Source: Octopus vulgaris
Lineage: Eukaryota
Direction of reading: 5' to 3'
Assembly (NCBI GenBank): GCA_951406725.2
Contig: OX597820.1
Coordinates: 17,918,001 to 17,982,000 of the forward strand
Length of the DNA stretch: 64,000 nt
This document shows, one piece after another, positions 51,466-63,808 of the stretch. The notes beneath the pieces were generated by a model. It was given only the letters and a program-made list of their open reading frames with translations. It ran no database searches and had not been told where the DNA came from. A program made the translations under genes and the position numbers. The number at the start of each line of letters is the position of its first letter. The first letter of the stretch is position 1.

Positions 51466-51698
51466 GGTACTACTTGAGAACAGTGGTCCCGGTGCGCGCA
51501 CTCGCATAGTCGCGCATCCGCGCTAGCTAGTCGTGACTAGTCGATCCTACAACGACAACCTAGCAAAGTAAATAAAACACAAAATAAATAATTTTTGTTA
51601 AACAAAGTAAATAACACACAAAAACACAAAGTAAGGATCGACTAGTCATGACTAGCTAGCGCGGATGCGCACCGGGACCACTGTTCTCAAGTAGTACC
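51466..51698. mobile_element. MITE with 9-bp TSD (Merlin- or MULE-type)
   Basis: TIR GGTACTACTTGAGAACAGTGGTCCCGGTGCGC, with TSD GACTCGTGG on both sides. Confidence 0.9.
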
Positions 51699-53020
51699 GA
51701 CTCGTGGAGGACCCCTAGACCCGTGGAGGTCCCTTGATCCGTGGGGTTAACTGAAACTCCCTCTCTCCACCCCAACCCCTCTTTTTCGCATCAAATCCGA
51801 CATGCTCATAAATATGCACCACCTGAATTGAATTTGTAAAAAATTTCATTAAAAAATAGGCATTTTTCAGAAAGTTATGAGGAAACTAAGTCGGGAGAGA
51901 TTTATCACAGATATGTAGTTATGCCATTGTTTTGACATAATCATTAACAAGTTACCTGATTTCCCTATTTCGGGAATTTCCATAAACTCTTAAAACGGCG
52001 AAAGTAAAGAATACGCACACCCGGTGGTTAGGGTTAGAGTTTAGGGTTAAGATTAGCATTAGGGTTTTTGTAACCCAGAAAACGAGCGATGTACATATTC
52101 TTTAGTCCCACCCTTAATAGATCCTCTTAATTCTGGGACCCTAATATTACAGGAGCACCCTAAGTTGTAAACATTAACCCCTTTGGTTACCCCCTTTTTT
52201 TTTTTCATTTTTTGCCCACCTTTCCTCCCAATTCAATACCCATATTCTTTACCTCCACCCTTAATACATCCTCCTGATTCTGGGACCCTACTATCACAGC
52301 AGCACCATAAGTTGTAAACATTAACCCCCTTCGTTTTGGGGTCAAGTTGTAAACATTAACCCCTTTGGTTACCCCCTTTCATTTTTTGCCCACCTTTCCT
52401 CCCAAATCAATTTTTAAGCGTTCTATTCCATTTTCTTCCGTTTCAGGGATACAGCAACCGAGTGTAACCTTTTCATTTTAAACATTTAAAAAAAATCTTT
52501 TATTGCATTACATTAATTTTTTAAATCCTGGAATCATTTTGCAAATATAGAATATGGTATCGTTAAAAACAAAATAATATGAATTTATGATTTTCTTTTT
52601 TGTTTCACAAATAAATTTAAACGGGTGATGTACATATTCTTTACCTCCACCCTTAATACGTCCTCCTGATTCTGGGGCCCTAATATTACAGCAGCACCCT
52701 AAGTTGAATTTATAAATTATAATTTTATTTTTTTATTTCCCGAATTTAATTTTTCGTTGAGGTGGAAGGGTGCTTGTTCCGAAACCTCAACGAATTTTGA
52801 AAAGCATCAATAATAATTTTAAACAAATGACAGAAATACTTAAAGAGCATTTTTACATGATTACAGAACAGACAAATCCACTTCATAAACAACCGTATGG
52901 TGTATTTCCCCTAAAGCAGCAAAAACGAAAACTAATGAATGGAAAATCCCAAAGAATTGCATTCTTCCTTAAATCGCATTGTTCAAACAGCGTATATTAA
53001 GACTAAATTAGCCAATATAC

Positions 53021-53885
53021 CTTCCCTAAAAAATAAAAACTAGGATGTGATTAGAGGGAATATTAGCTGCTTCTTTTAGGCAAGTGAGAGCTGGTAGGGG
53101 TTCCCTCGTAGGTACTCGAAATCCTTTCGTCCCTGGGTGATCACCTCTAATTAAGAAGATCTACAAGCAAAAAAATTTATAACGATTGGGTATTTCCCTT
53201 TTATTTTAAAGACAGTACGATGTGATTTGGGGGAGTTTTAGCTCCTATTTCTACCATGTCGAGCGATCGGGTAAGGGCTCGGGAGTGATAAAATTATTTT
53301 GAGATGATGTAAGTATGTATGTATAGGGAGACCTGTCACTTCAATGGATATAAGTTAAAAAAAAAGCGAGGGTGTCTTTTTCAGTTGCTTTAAATCTTTG
53401 TCTGTTACATCACAGAAATTAAATCTTCCCTAAAAAATAAAAACTAGGATGTGATTAGAGGGAATGTTAGCTGCTTCTTTTAGGCAAGTGAGAGCTGGTA
53501 GAGGTTCCCTCGTAGGTACTCGAAATTCTTTCGTCCCTGGGTGATCACCTCTAATTAAGAAGATCTACAAGCAAAGAAATTTAGGCATTCTTTCGATACA
53601 TGTGTCTGCGTAGAAACCGAGATGCTAGGTTTTAATACGAACATATGTGACCAAACTTGACAAGTACGGATTTTTTTTGTGATTTGAGGGAGATTTAGCA
53701 GCTATTTCTAACATATCGAGCGACCACGTACAAGCTCTGGAGTTACGAAACTGATTTCGAGATGATGGTGTGTATTCGTGTTACGGAGACCTGTCACGTC
53801 GATGTAACCGTTTAAGGGTTTGTCCTGTCTTGTTTTGTTTTTTTCAGTTAATTCTTATTTTGTCTGTTACATCATAGACATTAAA
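53021..53885. repeat. Tandem duplication (~400-460-bp units)
   Basis: 53021-53178 is nearly identical to 53426-53583; the second halves are more diverged. Confidence 0.85.
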
Positions 53886-54137
53886 TTAATTTAGATTACT
53901 TTGATGATAATTTAATAATCTTTTCAAAACAGATATTACGATATTATGACAGATTATATAAACACGTGTGAGGAAGCTGACAGGTTTTTAAAGTCGAATA
54001 CAAACATGACAAGACAACCACGCACAGGTTGGTTGTTTGTTTCTGTATAAATAATTTCCTCCAGCATAAAAAAAAGGATTACCGAAACCTATAGTTATTA
54101 TTAATTAAATAGAGAGGGATTAAAACAAATCATTTAC

Positions 54138-54201
54138 CTTTTTCAGTAATCCCTTCAATAGGAAAGAAGAGAGACTTGTTGCTCATGTCATACTTCTCCA
54201 T
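54138..54201 (-). CDS. RFESD: Rieske domain-containing protein, first coding exon
   Basis: gtcATG gives MEKYDMSNKSLFFPIEGITEK, then aag|GTAAAT donor. Phase 1 joins the next exon. An acceptor-like tttAG lies 14 nt upstream, suggesting a further non-coding exon. Confidence 0.65.
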
Positions 54202-56118
54202 GACAGTTTTGTTATCTAAATTGAAATAACCGCTACTTGCGTAATAAACAAATCAATTACTCACAACGAAATAGTTCGTCACTTCATCGCAATTATTGTC
54301 GTTGTTACACAATATTGTTGAATTATATTATGTTTCATGTAGCAAAATGTTATTTGAATATTTTTTTATAAGACATAGAAGGGAAGAAAAAAATAAATTA
54401 AAGTTTAATGCTGAATATTTTTATATTTTTATTTCGGTTATATTCGTACGCCTGCTTAACTAAAAAAAAAAGTACTTGTTTCGTTTTATTATAATTAGTG
54501 TTTTCTCAACTTGTCATCCCATTCAGAAAAATGACAAATTACTTCGAAAAACAAAGACTAAATTTTGGAGAATGACATATTATTTTTTTATCTATGAACT
54601 GTGATTCTTATGCCTGAATTATTAAAATCAATATCAAACAGAACATCAAATAATAATCTATTGTATTAATCTATACTAACGGCACCCATAAAAATTACAC
54701 GGTTATTTTAAAAATATGTGTTGGAAGTTCTTACAGAACTATAAAATATGTAATTTCTTTTGAACCTTTACTTTTTCCAAAAGAAATTATACTATTTAAA
54801 AAACATTGTTTTTGTTTGTTTTGTTTTCTGAAACGTTTGATTTTTAAACTGGTATAAAATTCACTGAAGAAGCAAGTAGTTGCGGAGAATGTCTTAGTAA
54901 CTATTTGATTTACACTTCTTCTGCGGTGATTACTGGACGCTTCGTTGCCAGGTTCTTACGATAGAGAAAGTATTTACCTTGTCAGAAATAGGTGTTTTCC
55001 AGGTCAAAAAAGAAAACAAAATTGTGTTTTCGTGAAAGAAAAGGGAATAGTTTCAGTTATCAAGTAAAGGAAAGGCTGGTATAATTAGCAGGGTGCGAAC
55101 TCACCAGCCACATTACGAATTGTAAGTCACAACATAAATAATTCTTTCCGTTATAGGCACAAGATCTGAAATTTTGGGGGAGGAGACAAGTCGATGTAAT
55201 CGACCTTAGTGCGTAACTGGTACTTTACCGACCTCGACAGAATTTGAACTCAGAACATAAAGACAGACGAAATGCCGCTAAGCATTTTTGCTCGGCGTGC
55301 TAACGATTCTGCCAGCTCGCCGCCCTTCACTACATTAATCCTCTCTACTAATCCTTCACAAAATAAATAATCCTCTTTGCTCTAGGCACAAGGCCTGAAA
55401 TTTTGGGGGAGAGGACTAGGTGATTTCTTCGACTCCAGTGCGAAACTGGTACTTATTTAATCGATCTCGAAAGGATGAAAGGCAAAGTCGACCTCGGCGG
55501 AATTTGAACTCAGAACGTAGCGGCAGACGAAGCACTTCATCTATTGTTTTGGTAATTCAGCTTGGGTTGTCATTAGTTACAGGAGCTCCATTATATATTA
55601 ATTCTCCTCTGAAAACAGCAGGTTCTGCATGACTCACCTCAATGTAAAACTCTCACCCCTCTGACTTGTAATTGATTTGTCACACCAATTTATGGAAAAA
55701 AGGGGGCTCCAGGACACATAGGGGATTAGTCATTTGAAATATATCACACACAACGTGATTGGACCCTTGATCCAACTCCCATGCAATGCTCAACTAATCA
55801 CAACACAGGGCTCAATAAATGTCCAAACACTCACATGACAGGTATGTTAACCAATCACAAGAGATTAAGGTGATGAGCCTGTATAAACCAACTTAAAGCT
55901 TTAAAATATGCAATAATAGAATTTGATCTCGCTACAAAAGCATCTCCAGATTGTTCTAAAAGTTTCCCTGAACATAGCCTATAGAGTATTTTTCAGCACC
56001 ATTTGGCAGAATGTTAAAGATGTCAAGCTAGAACACTGTCTCCAATCTCAGCTAAATTCAGAGTTCTTGAGCACATTGTGAAATACATGACCTTTCTTAG
56101 TCATTCTAATGATTGTAT

Positions 56119-56346
56119 GCAATTGTAAGGCTCAACTCATCTGCAATTCTAAAAGCTCAGCTCATATGCAATTGTTAAGCTCAACTGATCTGCAATTGTA
56201 AGGCTCAACTCATCTGCAATTGTAAGGCTCACTCATCTGCAATTGTAAGGCTCAACTCATCTGCAATTCTAAAGGCTCAACTCGTGTGCAATTGTAAGGC
56301 TCAACTCATAGGCAATTGTGAGGCTCAACTCATGCAACTGTAAGGC
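56119..56346. repeat. 24-bp minisatellite (GCAATTGTAAGGCTCAACTCATCT)n
   Basis: About 9-10 tandem units. Confidence 0.9.
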
Positions 56347-56774
56347 AGACATGACACCACACACACACACACGTTCCTTATTTAAAAACCAGTCCAGCGG
56401 GTAGCCATCTATTTGGATGTTGCATTATGCTATTTTCATCTTTCTGATTCTGTATCTATATTGTAAGGCATGAACATCTCTTTATGACTAATACAGCATA
56501 CTAAATCATGTTTAAATGTTTGCTTGTGTAATCTAGTTTTCAGCAACTAACTGTAAACTCATTCCAGAAGTATAGAACAGTATACATATACGAACGTCTG
56601 ATCCATATATATGAAACTTACCTGATCCTCTGCTTTTATCTCCCTCACCTGTTCCTCTCTCCCTATCCCCCTCACATTCACATTGTTCCTTGAAGGTATG
56701 TCCTGACACTTCATCACCCCCATCTTTGCTTTTCCAGCTGGGGTAGCTATGTATCTCCTCTATAGCAAGACATC

Positions 56775-57623
56775 TGTTGCCATAGTAACGAAGTTAAACC
56801 CTGCAGAGTGAAACTGCTTGGCAAAGAGTGACCTTCAACTCTGCTGTGCATGTGCACTAAACGTTCTAGCTCACTTCCACTGTTTACAGCAGTGCTTGGA
56901 AGGAAGGCGTGTAGTGTGTGATTGTTGCATTGGCCATGACAGAGAAAGTTGTCATGGCGATACCTGCTTAGAGGCCCATATAAAGTTGCAGAACGTGTAT
57001 GGACAGGAGTGTATGAGCTGCACACAAATGTTCAAGTGGTTCAGATGTTTCCAAGATGGCCAAAAAAATGTCAATATTGATGAACGTTCTGGGAGACCTG
57101 TAACCAGCAGAATTAAGGAAAACATTTTAGATGTGTGTATAGCTGTGAGGGGAAATCATTGAATCACCATCCATGAGTTATCAGAGTGTGTACAGATTAG
57201 TTACGGCTCAATTAAGTCCATTATCATTGAAGATTTGGGTATAAAATGCGTGTCTGCGAAGTTTGTGCCAAAACTGCTTTCAGCTGACCAAAAGGACACT
57301 TGGGTTTCAGTTGCAAAAGATCTTTTTAATTGTGTCGAGAATAATGAAAGCCATTTGAAATCTTTGTGTAGGCCTCTGAGCAGGTATCATTAAGCTTTTG
57401 GCAAAATTTGATGCAGATTCTCTGCTCAACTTTCTCTGTCATGGTCAATGCAATGGTCACATGCTACACACCTTCCTTCCAAGCACTGCTACAAACAGAA
57501 CATTAGAACTTAGTGCACATACACAGCAGAGGTCAAGGTCAATCTTTGCCAAGCGGCTTCACTCTGCGTGCTTTAGCTTCGTTACTATAGCAATAGTCTG
57601 GATACTTATTGATCAGACCATGT
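56775..57623 (+). mobile_element. Mariner-derived fold-back element
   Basis: Transposase N-terminal HTH remnant (VYGQECMS..WFRCFQDGQKNVNIDERSGRP). About 56775-56975 is mirrored as an inverted repeat at about 57365-57600. Confidence 0.8.
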
Positions 57624-57859
57624 ATATAGTGGGTAAGACAAAATGAAGTATTTTTATAGCCTTTTTGACTTGGAGACAATATATCTTTTTCTTACAAATG
57701 ATCATTACCTTACAAAAGCTATATCAGCCAATAAAATGACCTTCCCTAAATGTACCAAAAACATTATAACATGACCTGTTCCCTATTTCAGAAAATTATT
57801 GCTGTTCTCTTTGAGCATATGAAAGACAAATTTGACTGGGGCAAAATGAGTAAGCCAAG

Positions 57860-58344
57860 TTAACCCTTTTGATACCAACCTGGCTGAAACTGCCTCTGGC
57901 TCTGTAATACAAATGTCTTGTTTTCATAACTTTTGAATTAAAATCTTCCCCAAAACCTTAGTCATAATTTATGTTCCTAACACCAGCTTAGTAAAATAAC
58001 TTGGTTATTTTACTAAATTCTTTGTTAAATTTAAAATTAACTGAAAGAAACACAAAGTGTCCTAACAGAAATATGGTAACAAAAAGGGTTAAAATATATA
58101 ATAAAGAAACAATTCTTAACCTTTTCGTTACCAACCCAGCTGAAACTGGCTCTGGCTCTGAGTACAAATGTCTTGTTTTCATAAGTTTTGAATTAAAATC
58201 TTCCACCAAACCTTAGTCACAATTTATATTCCTAACACTAGCTTAATGATATCTAAGTTGTTTTACTAAATTCTTTGTTATATTTAAAATTAATTGAGAG
58301 AAACACAGAGCATCTCAAAATAAATACAGTAGCGAAAGGGTTAA
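57860..58344. mobile_element. Two tandem piggyBac-like MITEs
   Basis: TTAACC(C)TTT...AAAGGGTTAA units at about 57860-58092 and 58116-58344, same family as 34304-34521. Confidence 0.8.
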
Positions 58345-58505
58345 GGTAAATTTGCCACTTCAGTTCTCCAGAAACAGACTCATACACATCAATATCCCTC
58401 CTTGACATCAGAAAGATCAGAAATGCAAAAATAAATAAATAAATAAAATATATAGGTTAAATGCATCTCGTGTGTGATGTCACTTTTGAAGTTGGATCGA
58501 TCGAA

Positions 58506-58778
58506 GGTACTACTTGAGAAAAGTGGTCCCGGTGCGCGCACTCGCATAGTCACGCATCCGCGTTAGCTAGTTGTGACTAGTCGATCCTACAACGACTACC
58601 TAGCAAAGTAAATAAAACACAATATAAATAATTCTTTTACACAAAGTAAATATTTTTTGTTAAACAAAGTAAATAAAACACAAACGCACAAATTAAAGAT
58701 CAACTAGTCACGACTAGCCAGCGCGGATGCGCGAGTATGCGAGTGTGCGCACCGGGACCACTGTTCTCAAGTAGTACC
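58506..58778. mobile_element. MITE with 9-bp TSD (second copy)
   Basis: Same TIRs, with TSD TCGATCGAA on both sides. Confidence 0.9.
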
Positions 58779-59989
58779 TCGATCGAATATATATATATAT
58801 ATATATATTTCATTCCATAGCAGCTACCTCTGAAGAGCACAGGGTTACGTAATCAGACTGTTGCTTAACACCCCTTTGAATCCCTAGTGCGAAACCGATT
58901 GGTAAGATCGATCGTAATGGATATGTTAATGTTCACTTCGATCGAGCTGGCAGAACCGTTAGCACGCCGGGCGAAATGCGTAGCCGTTTTTCGTCTGCCG
59001 TTACGTTCTGAGTTCAAATTCCACCGGGGTCGACTTTGCCTTTCATCCTTTCGGGGTCGATAAATTAAGTACCAGTTACGAACTGGGATCGATGTAATCG
59101 ACTTAATCCGTTTGTCCTCTCTGTTTAGCCCCTTGTGGATAATAAAGAAACAGATTAATGCACACACACACACACGCATAGAGATTGATAGATACAGATA
59201 CGCACGCACACATACATAAATACCGTTACTTTAAATGCCCATTAGCTTTAAAAATTAGTTATAAATATGTACTTAATATGTAGTTATAATATGTACTAAT
59301 ATTTAATTCTTACTTTTGAAGTGAAAAAGGACACGTTCGACCATCAAAACGAAAACGTACGGTTTTAATTTATAGATTACCATGTTAAGATTCTACACCG
59401 CTACCTTTGACAACACACCGGTTACAAATGCTGTGTTTTGATTGGTCAATCGCCCCACAAATGGTGGATTTAAAAATAAATGACGACGGCAAAGATATCG
59501 CTTGTGAGTAATATTTCATGAATGACATTTAATTTTCAATGGATTAAGGCTGTGATTTACAGCTTGTAGTGTTATATGGATACTTAAGCAGTTGCTTGAT
59601 TCCTTGTAGTCTGTAACAGCTGGCATTTTCGTTAGTGTTTTGATTATCTCTCTTGGTAAATAAACAGATTTAGACACAAGAGTCTGACCAACGAAGTTAT
59701 TAAAACTCACCAAGTTTAAAGTATTGTTTGGAATATAAATTACTTTAGGTGTTCATTTCAGTGCTTTACGAATATATCTCTGTGTGGAATTATGTATTTT
59801 TTGCATTCGCATCGGAAACAGACAAAGGTTATTTCCTAAATATTTGAGCATCAACAAAAAATTTTGGTGATTTTTCAAAAGAAAATGGAGGGAAATCGCG
59901 ATTTGATAAAAGCTAAGTAATGTCTTACTCCAGAACGTTGTCAAAACAACCGGTAAAAGCCATTCTCCTGTAGCTTTATGTATATCACG

Positions 59990-60052
<63 letters not shown>

Positions 60053-60498
60053 GTGTATATTGATAGATGTCTTAACTTACTCGAAGTTATGTGAGCTAGA
60101 ACTTGTCATTTACTCTTTTCGTGTGTAAAATTTGTCTGGAAAACGAAAGATTCGACTCTGATCGAACGAATATATATGATCGGAGGCACTCCATCCGTGA
60201 CCATCCCATCTTTTTCTTATATGCAGAAAGAGCCCAAGGCCATATTGTCCAACGTTCCCTAACACTATAGTGTAGTTTGAGAGAGAGAGAGAGAGAGATG
60301 GATATTTAGCTGCTGTTTCTAGTAGGTCAAGCAACCAAGTAGAAGTTCCCCTGCTGACTCGAGTTGATGTTCGGTTTGAATTTCTAGCGATAACTTTATT
60401 GCGAGCAATCGATCCAACAAGAGTGTCTTTGCGTCGCTACACATAGGTTAATGTAGTTTTACTTACTTACTTTATGCATAAAACAAACAAAAGAGCAT

Positions 60499-60614
60499 GT
60501 TTACGGCGAAGTGTTTGAAAACACCGGTTCTCGTCCGATCACCGAAGTTAAGCAACGTCGAGCCTAGTTAGTACTTAGATGGGTGACCACTTGGGAAACC
60601 TAGGTGCTGTAAAC
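60499..60614 (+). rRNA. 5S rRNA copy (dispersed gene or pseudogene)
   Basis: GTTTACGGC...GAAAACACCGGTTCTCGTCCGATCACCGAAGTTAAGCAACGTCGAGCC..TTAGTACTT.GATGGGTGACC..TGGGAA...GCTGTAAAC. Terminal helix pairs; small deletion near the 5' end. Confidence 0.85.
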
Positions 60615-60627
60615 GTCTTTCTATCCG

Positions 60628-60973
60628 AGGCGCAGGAGTGACTGTGTGGTAAGTAGCTTGTTTACCAACTACATGGTCCTTGTGAGTGGATTTGTAGACG
60701 GAAACTGAAAGAAGCCCGTCGTATATATGTATATATATGTGTGTGTATCTGTATTTGTCCTCCCAACATCTCTTAACAACCGATGCTGGTGTGTTTACAT
60801 CACTGTAACTTAGCGGTGTGAGTGGATTTGTAGACGGAAACTGAAAGAAGCCCGTCGTATATATGTATATATATGTGTGTATCTGTATTTGTCCTCCCAA
60901 CATCTCTTAACAACCGATGCTGGTGTGTTTACATCCCTGTAACTTAGCGGTTCAGCAAAAGAGACGAATAGAA
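60628..60973 (+). mobile_element. SINE family A with internal duplication, downstream of 5S
   Basis: Head at 60628; a ~135-bp internal segment occurs twice. Confidence 0.85.
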
Positions 60974-61200
60974 CTCTGGAATCTCCTCCCTGCTCATGTC
61001 TTTCCTGCAGATTTTGACCTGCTATAATCTAAATCAGTGGTTCTCAGCTGGGGTTCATATAAGATTTTTGGGGATCCATACAAACAAAAGTAGTAACTTG
61101 GGGATCCAATTTTAAGGGTCCATAATTAAATTTTCCTTTTAGAGGGTGCTTTTTATGTGGCATAAGCATGTGTGCTTTGTACATGACACCAGCGCAGTTA

Positions 61201-62069
61201 TGATTTGATTTTGATTTGATTTTTCCAGTTTCAGCTTATGAGCTGTGGCCATGCTGGGGCACCGCCATTTGGTGTTGCTACTTGGTTTCACTTCACGAAG
61301 GCTTTCTAGCAACTGCTATTTGGTGCATGAGAGAGTTCGATGCAGCTGCCCTCATCTGCCCCTCCTGCCGTGAAGTTGGTTCATCTGGGACACCTGACAG
61401 GAAGAGATCCAGCTTCATTTTAAAGACATCTGTATCCACCCCATGCAGGTCTCTCATGTTCTTCGGGAGGATATTGAAGAGCTGTGGGCCTCGGAAGCCC
61501 AGGCTATCACAGAATCTTGTCCTACATCTTGATGGCAAGTTTGGAGTCCTAGGCACCACACAGTGGCGTCCAGTTCTGGCATTTGCGTAACTCTCGATGC
61601 CAAAGTTCAGGACACTTCCCTCCAGGATCTTCCAGATGTATATTATGGCATATCTTTCCTGCCTACGCTCCAGGGAATATAATTTTAATTTCCTGAGTCT
61701 TTCCCAGTAGCTTACATTCTGTATAGAGGCTATCTTCTTTGTGTAGCTACGTTGGATCGCCTCGAGCTCTGTGATCAACTTGACACTGGATGGTGACCAT
61801 AACTGAGAGCAGTAGTCAAAGTGGCTTAGGACAAGTGTCCTCCAGAGGACCATCATGGTTTCTTGTTCTCTTGTTCTAAAGGTTCTGAGGATCCATCCGG
61901 CCAGTCGTCTACATTTCATTGCCAATTTAGCAACATGTACACGAAAGGTCGCGTCATCACTCATGTAAATGCCTAGGTCACGCACTGATTGTGCCTCTGG
62001 GATTGCTATTCCTCCGGGTCCAGTGTATTCATTGGGTATTGCATTTAGTTTTGCATGCTGATATGCCAT
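61201..62069 (-). mobile_element. CR1/L2-group LINE 3' fragment (RT C-terminus + tail)
   Basis: 258-aa open frame VRDLGIYM..HFDYCSQLWSP..LEAIQR..YWERL..LYSLERRQER, ending in a short (AAATC)n-type tail. Confidence 0.88.
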
Positions 62070-62560
62070 AACAAATATAAAAACTGATTATTGATTTTAG
62101 TTTTGAAAGAGTTATAATGTTATTCTTTTATTAAAGCTGATGGAGAATCCTGATCACCAAATGCATTTGATATCAACATCTTGATGGAAGAAGGATGAAT
62201 TTGGATTCTGTCGTTGATCTAATGTGAACTTAAACTCTGTAATTTACCTGGCACCAGAAAGGTAAGAAAAGATGGTCCTCTCATGAAATTTGAATGAATT
62301 TGGAGCTTATCAAAATTCTAGACCTTTATATTTCTAATTTTTATTGCACTGCTTAATGTCATATGAAATTTCAAAGTGAAAAATAATTTCTTAGTATGTT
62401 CGATTTGTCGAAATGTTGTCCTCATCTTGATTGTAGCTTTTCAGCTGTGTACACTCCAGCTTTCATCAGGTGTCTTGCGATTTACCTTAGTGCCTTGCCT
62501 GGGATTGAACTTAGAACCTCTGGATGATTGTATTGCACTTATTATTATTGTTATTATTAA

Positions 62561-63187
62561 GGCAGTGAGCTGGCAGGATTGTTAGCACGCCTGGCGAAAT
62601 GCTTAGCAGTATTTCATCTGCCGTTATGTTCTGAGTTCAAATTCCGCCTAGGTCGACTTTTTCCTTTTACATCCTTTCGGGGTCGATAAATTAAGTACCA
62701 GTTACACACTGGAGTCGATCTAATCGACTTAATACCTATGTCTGTCCTTGTTTGTCCCCTCTAAGTTTAGCCCCTTGTGGGCAATAAAGAAATAAGAAAC
62801 GTTAGCATGCCAGGTGAAATGCTTAACAATATTTCGTCTGCCGCAATTTGGAGATCAAATTCTGCCGAGGTCGACTCTGTCTTTCATCCTTTCGGGGTCG
62901 ATTAAATAAGTACGAGTTATGCGCTGGGGTCGATATAATCAACTTAATCTGTTTGTCTGTCCTTGTTTGTCCTCCCTGTGGGTAGTAAAGAAATAGGTAT
63001 TTCGTCTGCTGTTATGTTCTGAGTTCAAATTCCGCCGAGGTCAACTTTACCTTTCATTTTTTGGGGGTCGATAAATTAAGTACCAGCTACACACTGGGGT
63101 TGATATAATCAACTTAATCCTGTTGTCTGTCCTTGTTTGTCTCCTCTGTGTTTTTATCTCCTTGTGGGCAATAAGGAAATAAGAAAT
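62561..63187 (+). mobile_element. SINE family B, trimeric array
   Basis: Head plus three tandem bodies. Confidence 0.85.
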
Positions 63188-63757
63188 ATTCTGAAGGGAT
63201 CAGCTAGGAGGATAAAGATGCTACAATTTAAACAGAAAGTTAATTTAAATAAATAAACCCATGTTCTGTTTGGAAAACTTAAAAGAATTTGAACTATTAC
63301 TAAGGCACTCTTCGGTTACAATGACAAGGGTTCTAGTTGATCCAATCAACGGAACAGCCTGCTTGTGAAATTAACATGCAAGTGGCTGAGCACTCCACAG
63401 ACATGTGTATCCTTAATGTAGTTCTCGGGGAGATTCAGTGTGACAAGGCCGGCCCTTTGAAATACAAGTACAAAACAAACAGGAAGAAAGAGCGAATGAA
63501 AGTTGAGGTGAAAAAGTACAGCAGGGTTCGCCATTGCCCCCTGCTGGAGCCTTGTGGAGCTTTAGGTGTTTTCGCTCAATAAACACTCACAACGCCCGGT
63601 CTTGGGATTGAAACCACGATCCTATGACCAGGAGTCTGCTGCCTTAACCACTGGGCCAATGTGCCTCCACATTTGAATTATTAACTAATTATCAGTTTCT
63701 GTCAGTATTATTCCTAAATCTGTTTAATTTCATTTTTTTTTTTTTTTTATCTTTCAG

Positions 63758-63808
63758 TGAAATAACTCCACAATGAATCCCAGACATTTTAATATGTCTG
63801 CAAGTAAT
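63758..63808 (+). other. Candidate exon of a downstream + strand gene
   Basis: Long T tract + tttcAG acceptor, GTAAGT donor, internal ATG (MNPRHFNMSASN). Other candidate donors at 62262 (AG|GTAAG) and 59504 (GTGAGT). No recognisable protein. Confidence 0.35.
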
